Made by a program: the position numbers and the translations under genes
In this document: one piece after another, positions 9,760-19,366 of the stretch
How the letters are laid out: each line of letters opens with the position of its first letter
How positions within the stretch are numbered: the first letter of the stretch is position 1
The notes under the pieces: model-generated
What the model was told of the DNA's origin: nothing
The model's database searches: none
Seen by the model: only the letters and a program-made list of their open reading frames with translations
Source of the DNA: an uncultured Puniceicoccaceae bacterium
GTDB taxonomy: Bacteria > Verrucomicrobiota > Verrucomicrobiia > Opitutales > Oceanipulchritudinaceae
DNA: 64,000 nt
Reading direction: 5' to 3'
Assembly: GCA_963933835.1 (NCBI GenBank)
Contig: CAWVVV010000002.1
Location: 417,849-481,848 of the forward strand

Positions 9760-11460
9760 ATGAAATTTTTCCCAGCCATTTTTAGTCAATTCATCGAGAG
9801 CCACACCCATCGTCGCAATCTGATGGTGCTGGTCCGGCTGCTTGGCCTGCTCTTCGTTCTTCTCATCGCTTTCAGCGTGATTTTTCACCTTCTGATGATG
9901 CGGGAAGGCCAAAGCTTTAGTTGGTTTACTGGATTTTATTGGGCGCTGACGGTTATGTCTACGTTGGGCTTCGGAGATATTACTTTTCACACCGATATCG
10001 GGCGCTTTTTTTCCATGGTGGTGCTAGCTACGGGGATGGTCTTCGTGCTCGTACTGCTACCCTTTACCTTCATCCAGTTTTTCTATGCTCCGTGGATGGA
10101 GGCCCAGCAGGCCGCGGCAACACCCCGGAAACTGCCTGAGGGGACACGCAATCACGTTGTCCTGACAAATTGGGACAAAGTCACCTCCAACCTCGTAAAG
10201 AAGCTGCCGGCCTACCGCTACGAGTATGTAGTCATCGTCCCTACGCTTGAGCAGGCACGAGAGCTTACGGATTTAGGTATTCGCGTCGTGCTGGGCGACC
10301 TCGACGATCCGAATACATACCGGGCAGTTCAATTGGAGCACGCGGCAATGCTGGCCGTGACCGGGAGTGACACTTCGAATACCAATGTCGCCTTTACGGC
10401 CCGAGAAATTGCACCAGATCTCAAGATCGTCACCACCGCCCGTCGTAGTGCCTCCTGTGAGGTGCTCCAGCTATCTGGAGTGGATGAAGTGATCCAATTA
10501 CCCGAAATCATGGGGCAATCGCTAGCCCGCCGCTGCAGTGTTGGGCGCCAGGCAGTGAGCTTTATTGGACAAATCGACGAGTTACACGTCGCCGAGGCTC
10601 CCGTGGGACACACCGATCTTGTCGGACAGACCCTGATTGGGAGTGATATCCGAAAAGAGACGGGGTTGAATGCGATTGGAGTATGGGAGCGCGGCCGATT
10701 TGAGCCTGCCATGGCTGATACAAAATTGACGGCGAATACGGTTCTGGTGCTTGCCGGTTCAAAAGAACAAATGGCCGCCTTTGATCGGCGCTATGCTCTT
10801 GAAGTGGAGGCCGCACCGATCGTGATTATTGGTGCTGGGCGGGTGGGGCGAGCGGCGGCTCGAGCTTTGGCCGCTCGTGGGCTTGAATACCGACTCATCG
10901 AACAACTTGGAGAACGCATTCGTGATCCAGAGCGCTACATTATGGGCGATGCATCGCGCCGTGAGGTAATGGAAGCCGCCGGGATCGATAAAGCACCCGC
11001 CGCCATTATCACCACCCACGATGACGATACGAACGTCTATCTAACGATCTTTCTGCGCTGCCTACGACCGGACATACAACTGATCGCCCGGTCGAACCTC
11101 GAACGCAATGTCTCCACGCTGCATCGGGCGGGTGCAGATTTTGTCATGTCTTACTCGAGCATGGGTGCAAATGGTATCTTGAACAGCTTGCGCGGGGGCA
11201 AACTTGTGATGGTAACCGAGGGTCTGGGGCTGTTCAAAGTCGCAGTGGCATCCAGTTTGGTTGGGCTTTCTCTGATCGAGGCCAAGATCCGAATCGAAAC
11301 CGGTTGCAGTGTGGCTGGCTTACGTCGGGCAGGAAAAACGTTGGTTAATCCCTCGCCGACGACTGTTTTTGAGGCGGGGGACGAATTGATCGCGATCGGA
11401 GGCGTCGAGGACGAGCGTTCTTTTCTAAAGAAATATCCGCCGCCAGAACACGTTGGGTGA
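9760..11460 (+). CDS. Two-TM potassium channel with tandem RCK (TrkA-N/TrkA-C) domains
   Basis: Pore signature 'FYWALTVMSTLGFGDI'; two TrkA-N/TrkA-C pairs, the second with IGAGRVG. Confidence 0.9.
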   Translation: MKFFPAIFSQFIESHTHRRNLMVLVRLLGLLFVLLIAFSVIFHLLMMREGQSFSWFTGFYWALTVMSTLGFGDITFHTDIGRFFSMVVLATGMVFVLVLLPFTFIQFFYAPWMEAQQAAATPRKLPEGTRNHVVLTNWDKVTSNLVKKLPAYRYEYVVIVPTLEQARELTDLGIRVVLGDLDDPNTYRAVQLEHAAMLAVTGSDTSNTNVAFTAREIAPDLKIVTTARRSASCEVLQLSGVDEVIQLPEIMGQSLARRCSVGRQAVSFIGQIDELHVAEAPVGHTDLVGQTLIGSDIRKETGLNAIGVWERGRFEPAMADTKLTANTVLVLAGSKEQMAAFDRRYALEVEAAPIVIIGAGRVGRAAARALAARGLEYRLIEQLGERIRDPERYIMGDASRREVMEAAGIDKAPAAIITTHDDDTNVYLTIFLRCLRPDIQLIARSNLERNVSTLHRAGADFVMSYSSMGANGILNSLRGGKLVMVTEGLGLFKVAVASSLVGLSLIEAKIRIETGCSVAGLRRAGKTLVNPSPTTVFEAGDELIAIGGVEDERSFLKKYPPPEHVG

Positions 11461-11520
11461 GTGAGTGAAACCGACGGCCGATGGGGCAAGCTTGCTTCAG
11501 CTGCTTTCGCTTTCGCAGTG

Positions 11521-11758
<238 letters not shown>

Positions 11759-11854
11759 GAATTAAAGATGGGGAGAAAATGGATACTTCGGGCAGAAGCA
11801 ACCGCAAAGCGCATTTCATTGCGGAAACGCTTGCTCAGAGCACACCGGAACGGA

Positions 11855-12316
11855 CTACTCGATGACCCAGTAGAAACGTGAGCCAGAAACGATGTCCCGC
11901 AGGCGTCCCGTGGTGAGATTGCCGTCGTCGAATTTCGTATCGATCTCTAGGAGCTCAGACGAAGTGATGGTGTAGCCAACGACGCCGACACCCAGGGCAA
12001 TCTCCGAGTCGTTGGCTTCGATGTCCCATCGCCCTCCTATACTGGAGGCGGCCGAAAAGGGGCCAGGGCTGATGTAACCGTTCATCTGCGCGTGCAGTGT
12101 TCCCGTGCCTGAGTCGACCGGAAGCGTGCCGTTTTCTAAGTAGAAAGTTTCGATCGCACTTTTAAAGACGCGGACATCGTTGATAAACCGAGTCTGAGTC
12201 GAGCCTTTGCTTACCGAGATAAAGGTTGGAATGGCGGCTGCAGCAAGGAGTCCGATGATCACGACGACAATCATGATCTCGACTAGAGTAAATCCTCTCC
12301 TTTTTCGGTATTCCAT
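11855..12316 (-). CDS. Type IV pilin / T2SS pseudopilin-like protein
   Basis: Prepilin cleavage/methylation motif RRG|FTLVEIMIVVVIIGLLAA. Confidence 0.88.
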   Translation of the reverse strand: MEYRKRRGFTLVEIMIVVVIIGLLAAAAIPTFISVSKGSTQTRFINDVRVFKSAIETFYLENGTLPVDSGTGTLHAQMNGYISPGPFSAASSIGGRWDIEANDSEIALGVGVVGYTITSSELLEIDTKFDDGNLTTGRLRDIVSGSRFYWVIE

Positions 12317-12482
12317 CTTCCCAAAATTGAGCTAGCGTCTATTTTCTGACAATTCCGACGTGTTGTTTTCGGAAGTTTTTAAAGCTCTTTAGCTTGCAAG
12401 TGTGATAAATCGGCCAATTTGCTGTTCTCTTTATATGTTTTTAATCAAAATGAGTGAATTCTTTAGCTTGAGGATAGGATTG

Positions 12483-13517
12483 ATGCCTAAGCAGATGGTC
12501 ATCTTTTGCTGCGGACTGGCTGCTTTGTGCGCTTCGCAGGCCTCGGCAGCCGAACTAATCTTCGAAAACGGTGAGCGGCTAAAAGGGTCGATTATCGAGC
12601 TTAGTAACGACTCTGTTCGCTTTAAGAGCGCCAATCTAGGCGAGATTACGGTGCCTCTGGTCGCAGTTGAAATCAAGCGGGATGCGGTCCCTGTAATTAC
12701 CATAGATCTGAAATCCAAAGGCCTAGCGAACGCTTCGGAAGATCCGCCTGAGCCTGCCTTGATGGAAAAAGAGGAGGGCAGGGGGCTGCACGATGTTGCT
12801 TTGAACCGTTGGACCTCACTCTGGGAAAGGAATGCCTTCTGGTCCACTGTTGAACGCTATTGTCCGCTGAAGACGTGGAAGAACCGAGTCGATTTCGGAT
12901 TCTTCTTTCAGAACACCACCCGCAAGGACTTGCGTTACGATTTTGGGTTTAACACGCAAAAGCGCGTCGATAAGCACGAGACGGAATTTAACTTCTCCTA
13001 TGCCTGCCGTCGAATTGACGAGGATGTGAGGCGCGATTGGACGAAAGGTAATCTACTTTATCGCTACGACATCGGGGACAGGGTCTTTATTCAGAGCAAT
13101 GCGCGTTATCAGCGTCGTCCGGAGGAATCCATTTACAGTGAATTCAGTGAGTCTATTGGACTTGGTTATCGTTGGTTGGATGCCGATTCAGTCCGAGGAA
13201 CGATCACGCCGGAAATCGGATTTAACTATGCCGACATTGGTGTTTTAGACAGCTACAGTGTGGCGATCGGTTCTTTCGTTCAGGACTTTGAGATTGATCT
13301 ATCGGACACCCTAAAGATTTCTCAGGATCTGCTTCTCCAGTACAGTCCTTCTGATCAAGGAGACTTTGCGATAAACTTCCAAGTGGCGGTAGAGAATCGG
13401 ATCACGCAGAGCCTAAGTCTCAGAATTGCCTACATCTACATCTATGATGAACGGGTAGAGTTCGAAAATCAGAAAACCGAAGAGACGGCCAAAATCACGG
13501 TCGGGGCGTATTTCTAG
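12483..13517 (+). CDS. DUF481/YdiY-like outer-membrane beta-barrel protein
   Basis: Signal peptide, N-terminal 'NGERLKGSI..LGEITVP' domain, amphipathic strands, C-terminal 'ITVGAYF'. Confidence 0.75.
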   Translation: MPKQMVIFCCGLAALCASQASAAELIFENGERLKGSIIELSNDSVRFKSANLGEITVPLVAVEIKRDAVPVITIDLKSKGLANASEDPPEPALMEKEEGRGLHDVALNRWTSLWERNAFWSTVERYCPLKTWKNRVDFGFFFQNTTRKDLRYDFGFNTQKRVDKHETEFNFSYACRRIDEDVRRDWTKGNLLYRYDIGDRVFIQSNARYQRRPEESIYSEFSESIGLGYRWLDADSVRGTITPEIGFNYADIGVLDSYSVAIGSFVQDFEIDLSDTLKISQDLLLQYSPSDQGDFAINFQVAVENRITQSLSLRIAYIYIYDERVEFENQKTEETAKITVGAYF

Positions 13518-13520
13518 CCG

Positions 13521-13886
13521 CTACTGCAGCTCGATTTCGATGCGCTCAGCATCTTTCCAGAGGCTTTCCAGATTGTAGTGCTCGCGCATTTCCTCGGTAA
13601 AGACGTGAACGAGGAAATCGTAGGCATCGAGAACCATCCAGCCGTTGCCAATGCTGGTGTCGGTCCCGAGCACAGGTAATTTCAGCTCTTTCAATTCCGA
13701 AGCAGTCGTCCCGATGAGCGCGCGCAAGTGCGGCTCTGAGGTTCCTGTCGCGATGACGAAGAAGTCAGCGAGGGAGGATTTCTCACCCATGTAGAGAACT
13801 GTGATCGCCTCAGCTTTCTTATCGAAGAGAGCTTGGCAGCAGGCCTTGATTTGAGCGATGGAGGGGTGTTCGAGGGCGACAGACAT
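13521..13886 (-). CDS. rsfS: Ribosomal silencing factor
   Basis: DKKAE, DFFVIATG.S..H, WMVLD..DFLVHVF, R.HYNLESLW. Confidence 0.95.
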   Translation of the reverse strand: MSVALEHPSIAQIKACCQALFDKKAEAITVLYMGEKSSLADFFVIATGTSEPHLRALIGTTASELKELKLPVLGTDTSIGNGWMVLDAYDFLVHVFTEEMREHYNLESLWKDAERIEIELQ

Positions 13887-13901
13887 GTGTGAGGACGAAA
13901 T

Positions 13902-14528
13902 TCAGCTAGAGCTATAGAGGTCGGGATTATTTTGAAGGGTGTTTAAGACAGGCAAGGAAACGAGATTGTCAATCGGCAAGCCAACCGCCAACCGCTCACG
14001 GATCATTGTTGAGCTGATGTTGAAGGTCGGAGCCTCGATCCACGTGGCTTGTAAGCCTGCTAAATTAGGAAGGCTTTGCTCAGATCCGGGCCGTGCCACC
14101 ACGATGAAGGTCACCTCGTTGACGAGTAATTCAATTTCTCCCCACTGGTCGAGCGTGGGTAGTTGATCAGCGCCGATGAGCCAATGGAGTGCCGCACCGG
14201 AGAAGCGCTCCCTTAGATGCGCGACCGTCCGTCGAGTGTAGCTCGGTAATGGCTGATCGAGCTCCCAGTCGATCACGTCGAGCTTGGGCTCACCCCTGAC
14301 AGCCGCTCGAATCATCTCTAGGCGTAGCTCGCCGCTTGCGATCGGGCCGCGTTCCTTCAGGGGGTTGCGAGCCGCAGGCACAAAATAGAGGCCCTCAAGC
14401 TGTGCCTTTTCCACCACGACCTTCGCGAGCTCGATATGTCCGAGATGCAGGGGGTCGAACGAACCACCGAAAAACCCGAGGCGCTTGGCGTCGCGCGAGT
14501 CGTTTGATGGGGTAGGCGAGGGTGTCAT
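13902..14528 (-). CDS. nadD: Nicotinate-nucleotide adenylyltransferase
   Basis: GGSFDPLHLGH, SYT, LIGAD, ISSTMIR; adjacent to rsfS. Confidence 0.95.
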   Translation of the reverse strand: MTPSPTPSNDSRDAKRLGFFGGSFDPLHLGHIELAKVVVEKAQLEGLYFVPAARNPLKERGPIASGELRLEMIRAAVRGEPKLDVIDWELDQPLPSYTRRTVAHLRERFSGAALHWLIGADQLPTLDQWGEIELLVNEVTFIVVARPGSEQSLPNLAGLQATWIEAPTFNISSTMIRERLAVGLPIDNLVSLPVLNTLQNNPDLYSSS

Positions 14529-14622
14529 TGTTTCAGGTATGGGCGAACTTCGGTTCGGCCTCAAATCCCGAATGCCTATTTTCCCTTGTCCGGCCAACGT
14601 GATCCTCTAGCGTCCCGAGCCT

Positions 14623-15543
14623 ATGCGTCTACGTGAGCTACTCAGTGTATTTCTAAAAGGTGTTGGTATGGGTGCCGCTAATGTCATTCCTGGAGTTTCT
14701 GGGGGGACGATCGCGCTCATCACAGGCATCTATCCGCGACTGATCCAAGCGCTTAGGCACGCCTCCCAGCCGTCGACGATCAAAGATATTACGCGTGGTC
14801 AATGGGCACGAGCATGGGCCCATCTCGACGGATGGTTTCTCGTCGCGCTCGGGATGGGCGTCGTTGTTAGCATTCTGTCGCTCGCACGGCTTTTCGACTT
14901 TCTCCTCCTGCATCACGAGGTAGTGACAATGGCCTTCTTCTTTGGCCTCGTCCTCGTCTCGATCATCCATGTGGGCCGCACCGTTCCGAATTGGAATGCC
15001 AGCCGCGTCGGTGCACTTCTCCTTGGGGTGGTGGTAGCCGTCGGGCTCGCCTTTGTTGCGCCAGCTGAGGCCAACGCTTCCTTCGGGTATCTTGTCATCT
15101 GTGGTGTTGTTGCGATTGGAAGCATGATTCTTCCAGGCCTCTCTGGCTCCTTTGTCCTTATGTTGATGGGCAACTACGTCCTCGTGATCCGTGGGATTAA
15201 GGAATTCGATTTCGGTGTCATTCTTCCAATGGGCCTCGGTTGCGCGGTGGGCCTGCTGGGCTTTGTCCAAGTCCTTGGCTGGGCGCTAAAGCGCGCCCCT
15301 CACGTTGTCATCTCGCTCATGACAGGCTTTGTGCTGGGTTCACTGCTGACGATCTGGCCCTGGAAAGTGCAGGACGTCGAAACGATCACGGTCGCGGGCG
15401 AGAGCAAGGATGTGGTCACCGGTTACACATGGGAACTTCCGACCCAGTTCGATGCCACTTTCTTCATCGCCATCGCACTAATGATCGGTGGCGGCATCTT
15501 CCTCCATCTCGTTCAGACGTTTGCGACGGAGCAAAAGTCCTAG
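14623..15543 (+). CDS. DUF368 family membrane protein
   Basis: KG.GMGAANVIPGVSGGTIA..TGIY and AIGSMILPGLSGS motifs. Confidence 0.9.
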   Translation: MRLRELLSVFLKGVGMGAANVIPGVSGGTIALITGIYPRLIQALRHASQPSTIKDITRGQWARAWAHLDGWFLVALGMGVVVSILSLARLFDFLLLHHEVVTMAFFFGLVLVSIIHVGRTVPNWNASRVGALLLGVVVAVGLAFVAPAEANASFGYLVICGVVAIGSMILPGLSGSFVLMLMGNYVLVIRGIKEFDFGVILPMGLGCAVGLLGFVQVLGWALKRAPHVVISLMTGFVLGSLLTIWPWKVQDVETITVAGESKDVVTGYTWELPTQFDATFFIAIALMIGGGIFLHLVQTFATEQKS

Positions 15544-15603
15544 CCTCGGCGGAAAAAGCTCGCTCGCTGGGGCATTGAGAATTGGAACAGAGGATTACTT
15601 TAG

Positions 15604-15688
15604 GCCCGGATGGCGGAATTGGTAGACGCTGAGGACTTAAAATCCTTTGCCTTAGGGCGTGGGGGTTCAAGCCCCCCTCCGGGTACCA
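15604..15688 (+). tRNA. tRNA-Leu (TAA)
   Basis: GCCCGGA/TCCGGGT acceptor, GAGGA-CTTAAAA-TCCTT anticodon arm, variable arm, GGTTCAAG, CCA. Confidence 0.97.
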
Positions 15689-15754
15689 CTTTGGATCGCG
15701 GGTGAAGGCGCTATCGAATCCTTTGGTTGGAGCCTGCCGTAAAAATTGAGCAGA

Positions 15755-15955
15755 TTAGGCGGAGCGATTAGGTGTGTCCTGATGCCGCACGGTCTCTTTG
15801 CTAATCGTTCCACGCTCTTCAATTACAGGCTTCTCTTTGCCCCAATACCATGCCCATCCGCGCTTCAGGCCACGCTTCAGGTCGTCGAGAATTAGATAGG
15901 TGCAGGGAACAAGTAGAAGGGTGACAAAGGTAGCGAAGAGGATGCCCCAGCCCAG
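15755..15955 (-). pseudogene. C-terminal remnant (last TM helix and tail) of an AcrB-family RND efflux permease
   Basis: Translates LGWGILFATFVTLLLVPCTYLILDDLKRG...NRSA*, resembling the RND TM12 pattern; no start, preceded in frame by TAG. Confidence 0.8.
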
Positions 15956-16045
15956 CTAGTTGGGGTCTGAACAGGAATGTCTGTTGCTCCTTCTTCGGGT
16001 AGGCTAGCGCAGCCCGTAAGAAGCGCAATCACCAGGGCGCCGCTC
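15953..16045 (-). pseudogene. N-terminal remnant of a lipoprotein, likely an OprM/NodT-type efflux outer-membrane factor
   Basis: SGALVIALLTG|CASLPEEGATDIPVQTPTSW: lipobox LTGC then P..W; in-frame TAG immediately upstream. Confidence 0.6.
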
Positions 16046-16348
16046 TATGCGCTTGATTGCTCAAGGTAAGCGGCCTCGTGAGTAATCTGAACGAGGAAAC
16101 ACAAATTTGGATACACATAGCCCGTGGACTCCGTCAGTCCTGAATGCATGACGGAGGGAACAACTGAAAAAAGACACACAGCAGCCTACTTGCTAGATGT
16201 TATTTTCGGCAAAAATATTCCATAGAGAAAAAACGCTATCGAAGGCACTCATGAGGGGTGATTTAAGAGGCGAAAAACCTCAGGTATCGACTTGCCTCCA
16301 ATGGGGATGATGGCTCCCATGACTTCGTAACACTCGAGTGGCTACGCT

Positions 16349-16900
16349 ATGAGCACGACAAAAGATTTCGCATACGACAGCAAGATTGAGGGAGATATCA
16401 TCGTTTCGAAGGCCGATGCGGTGATTAACTGGGTGCGCAGCCACTCGGTTTGGCCGATGCCAATGGGCCTTGCCTGTTGCGCGATCGAGCTGATGGCGGC
16501 GGGAGGTTCTCGCTTTGATATTTCACGCTTCGGAATGGAAGTGATGCGCTTTTCGCCCCGTCAAAGCGATTGCATGATCGTGGCTGGAACTGTGACCTAC
16601 AAGATGGCTGAGGTGATACGCCGCATTTACGACCAAATGGCTGAGCCAAAATGGGTCGTGGCAATGGGCGCATGCGCGTCTTCCGGCGGTATGTATCGCA
16701 GCTATGCGACACTTCAAGGGGTGGATCGGATCGTGCCCGTCGACGTCTACATCTCTGGCTGTCCTCCACGACCGGAGGCGCTCCTCGACGGGATGATGAA
16801 ACTTCAAAAGAAGATCGAGGCAGAGCGTTCCACCGGACAACTCTTCGGTGATCGCCCGGTGAAGCCGCTGGCTTTTCAGAAAACAACCACCGAGGCCTAG
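16349..16900 (+). CDS. nuoB: NADH-quinone oxidoreductase subunit B
   Basis: [36 protein letters not shown]. Confidence 0.97.
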   Translation: MSTTKDFAYDSKIEGDIIVSKADAVINWVRSHSVWPMPMGLACCAIELMAAGGSRFDISRFGMEVMRFSPRQSDCMIVAGTVTYKMAEVIRRIYDQMAEPKWVVAMGACASSGGMYRSYATLQGVDRIVPVDVYISGCPPRPEALLDGMMKLQKKIEAERSTGQLFGDRPVKPLAFQKTTTEA

Positions 16901-16922
16901 GCGCACACAGACTTCTTTTGCT

Positions 16923-17555
16923 ATGACTGAGCTGCTTGCCCACTTTTCTTTTTTAAGTCCGCGCGAAAGCCTCGATTTACCTGCTTACAACTGTCCGCAG
17001 GCTGAGCTCATTGGATTGCTCAATGCTCTGCGCGACGACCACGGCTACGATCTCCTCACCGATGTCACAGCCATCGATCACTACGAGATGTCACCGCGCT
17101 TTGAGGTCGTCTACCATCTGTATTCGACAACCAAATACACTGCTATCCGGCTCGCGACACCCTGCGCGGATGACAATGAGCCGAGTTGCCCGACAGCTGT
17201 TGAGATCTGGCCTGCTGCCAACTGGCATGAGCGTGAAACGTGGGACCTCCTTGGAATTCGCTTTGAAGGCCATCCGGATCTGCGCCGTATTTTGATGTGG
17301 GAAGACTACCCGTATCATCCACTGCGCAAAGAGTTCCCGCTCGCTGGACACGAAGTCGAGCTGCCATCGGCAGAAATCGCCGAGCGCACAAATACCACGG
17401 TGAAGCCTGCCCCGATGATGGGTGGCCCCTTCCACTCTGGACAACGTGGATCGATGCGTGATCGCGAACCACGCGCTGATGATGAGAGCTGGACTGAAGA
17501 GCTCGAAAAAGACGCTGCCCAAGCCCAAGTCGAACGCCCGCGTGAGCTCGATTAA
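16923..17555 (+). CDS. nuoC: NADH-quinone oxidoreductase subunit C
   Basis: RFEVVYHL, WHERE.WDLLGI.F.GHPDLRRIL, HPLRKEFP. Confidence 0.96.
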   Translation: MTELLAHFSFLSPRESLDLPAYNCPQAELIGLLNALRDDHGYDLLTDVTAIDHYEMSPRFEVVYHLYSTTKYTAIRLATPCADDNEPSCPTAVEIWPAANWHERETWDLLGIRFEGHPDLRRILMWEDYPYHPLRKEFPLAGHEVELPSAEIAERTNTTVKPAPMMGGPFHSGQRGSMRDREPRADDESWTEELEKDAAQAQVERPRELD

Positions 17556-17574
17556 ATCAAAAATTTCCACTGTA

Positions 17575-18810
17575 ATGGCTGAAACAAAAGAAATTTCCAT
17601 CGGAGACATCGCGGCACGTAGTGCAGCGGGTGAAGAATTCCATGGTGACAAGTTAAGCATCAACATGGGGCCGTCTCACCCAGCGACCCACGGTGTGCTT
17701 CGCCTAAATCTTGAGCTCGATGGGGAGACCGTGACGAAGTGTGATCCGGTCATTGGCTACCTGCACCGCGGCGACGAAAAGATCGCCGAGAACATGACTT
17801 ACAACCAATTCATCCCTTACACGGATCGACTGGATTACATTGGGCCGATCCACAACAACGTCACTTTTGCAATGGCGGTGGAAAAACTCGCAGGGCTTCA
17901 GATGCCACCGCGTTGTGAAACGATCCGCTTGCTTTGCTGTGAGCTCGCACGGCTTCAGAGCCACCTCCTGGGCTGTGGAGTCTACGGTATGGATTGCGGC
18001 GCATTGACCGTTTTCATGTATACGTTCACGGAGCGTGAAAAACTTTACACGCTCATTGAAGAGCTGACCGGCGCTCGCTTTACGACCAGCTATACCCGCA
18101 TTGGTGGCCTCGCCCGCGACATCCCTGAAGGTTGGCTCGGCCGTGTCCTTAAGGTTGTCAATGAGCTCGAGCCGGTCCTCGAAGAGTGCAACAAGCTACT
18201 GACCCGAAACCGGATCTTCTACGATCGCACGGTTGGAGTGGGAACAATTTCGAAAGAAGACGCTATTGCGTATGGCTTAACCGGCCCGAACCTCCGAGCA
18301 TCCGGCGTCGCGGTCGACCTGCGCAAAGACAACCCTTACCTCGGCTACGAAAACTACGACTTCGATGTCCCGGTGGGAGAAAACGGCGACTCATACGATC
18401 GCTGGCTCGTGCGTCTCGAAGAGATGTATCAGACGATCAAGATTATCCGCCAAGCGATTACGAAGATGCCTGACGGTCCTTGGTACGCTGAGGACGCGCG
18501 GAAGATTTTTGCCCCGCGCAAGGACAAGGTCCTCACGAGCATGGAGGAGCTGATCCAGAATTTCATGATCGTGACCGAAGGGCCCCAGATGCCAGCCGGT
18601 GAAGTCTATTTTGAAGCCGAGAATCCGAAAGGTGCGCTCGGCTTCTACATCGTTTCCAAGGGCGGGGGCGTTCCGTATCGAATGAAGATCCGCAGCCCAT
18701 CGTTTTGTAACCTCTCTATCCTGCCAAAGCTCTGCGTCGGCTCGATGGTCTCAGATGTGCCGGTGATTCTCGGTAGTCTAGACTTCGTCCTGGGTGAGTG
18801 TGACCGTTAA
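17575..18810 (+). CDS. nuoD: NADH-quinone oxidoreductase subunit D
   Basis: NMGPSHPATHGVLRL, GYLHRG, DRLDY, C-terminal GSLDFVLGECDR. Confidence 0.97.
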   Translation: MAETKEISIGDIAARSAAGEEFHGDKLSINMGPSHPATHGVLRLNLELDGETVTKCDPVIGYLHRGDEKIAENMTYNQFIPYTDRLDYIGPIHNNVTFAMAVEKLAGLQMPPRCETIRLLCCELARLQSHLLGCGVYGMDCGALTVFMYTFTEREKLYTLIEELTGARFTTSYTRIGGLARDIPEGWLGRVLKVVNELEPVLEECNKLLTRNRIFYDRTVGVGTISKEDAIAYGLTGPNLRASGVAVDLRKDNPYLGYENYDFDVPVGENGDSYDRWLVRLEEMYQTIKIIRQAITKMPDGPWYAEDARKIFAPRKDKVLTSMEELIQNFMIVTEGPQMPAGEVYFEAENPKGALGFYIVSKGGGVPYRMKIRSPSFCNLSILPKLCVGSMVSDVPVILGSLDFVLGECDR

Positions 18811-18845
18811 CCGCAGAACCCAAGACATCTCTTTATAAGCACACC

Positions 18846-19352
18846 ATGGCTTTTGAACCATCCAGCGAAATCCAGTCTTATACCGACGAGCTGATCCCGC
18901 GCTACCCGCAGGCTCAGAGCGCGCTGCTCATGATCCTGCACGCCGTGCAGCGTGAAGTCGGATTCATCTCTCTCGACGCTCAAGTATGGGTCGCGGCTCG
19001 CCTCGAAATCACTCCGCTGCAAGTGCGCGAGGTGGTGACTTTTTATCCCTTCTATCGTGAGCACGCGATCGGCAAGCGCCACGTGCGTGTCTGTCGGACG
19101 CTCTCCTGTGCGCTCAACGGCGCCTACAAGATCTGTGACACGATCTGCGATGCCTTCGATACAAAGCGAAACGATATTTCGCCCGACGGACGCGTCACAG
19201 TGGAGTTTGCTGAATGTCTTGCGAACTGTGGCACCGCACCCGTCGTGATGATTGACGACGATCTCTACGAAAACGTCAGTCCGAAGAAAGCCGTCGAACT
19301 TTGCGAAAAGATCAAAGCCGAGACGCCCGCCACCGCTCCCGCCGCTAACTAA
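18846..19352 (+). CDS. nuoE: NADH-quinone oxidoreductase subunit E
   Basis: VTFY, CRTLSC, ECLANC..AP (2Fe-2S N1a). Confidence 0.96.
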   Translation: MAFEPSSEIQSYTDELIPRYPQAQSALLMILHAVQREVGFISLDAQVWVAARLEITPLQVREVVTFYPFYREHAIGKRHVRVCRTLSCALNGAYKICDTICDAFDTKRNDISPDGRVTVEFAECLANCGTAPVVMIDDDLYENVSPKKAVELCEKIKAETPATAPAAN

Positions 19353-19366
19353 CCTGAGGGGATACC

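Noticed and set aside
15819..16028. 69-aa minus-strand ORF from the track
   Set aside because: Wrong frame; the recognisable peptides (lipobox and RND helix) are in the other two minus frames
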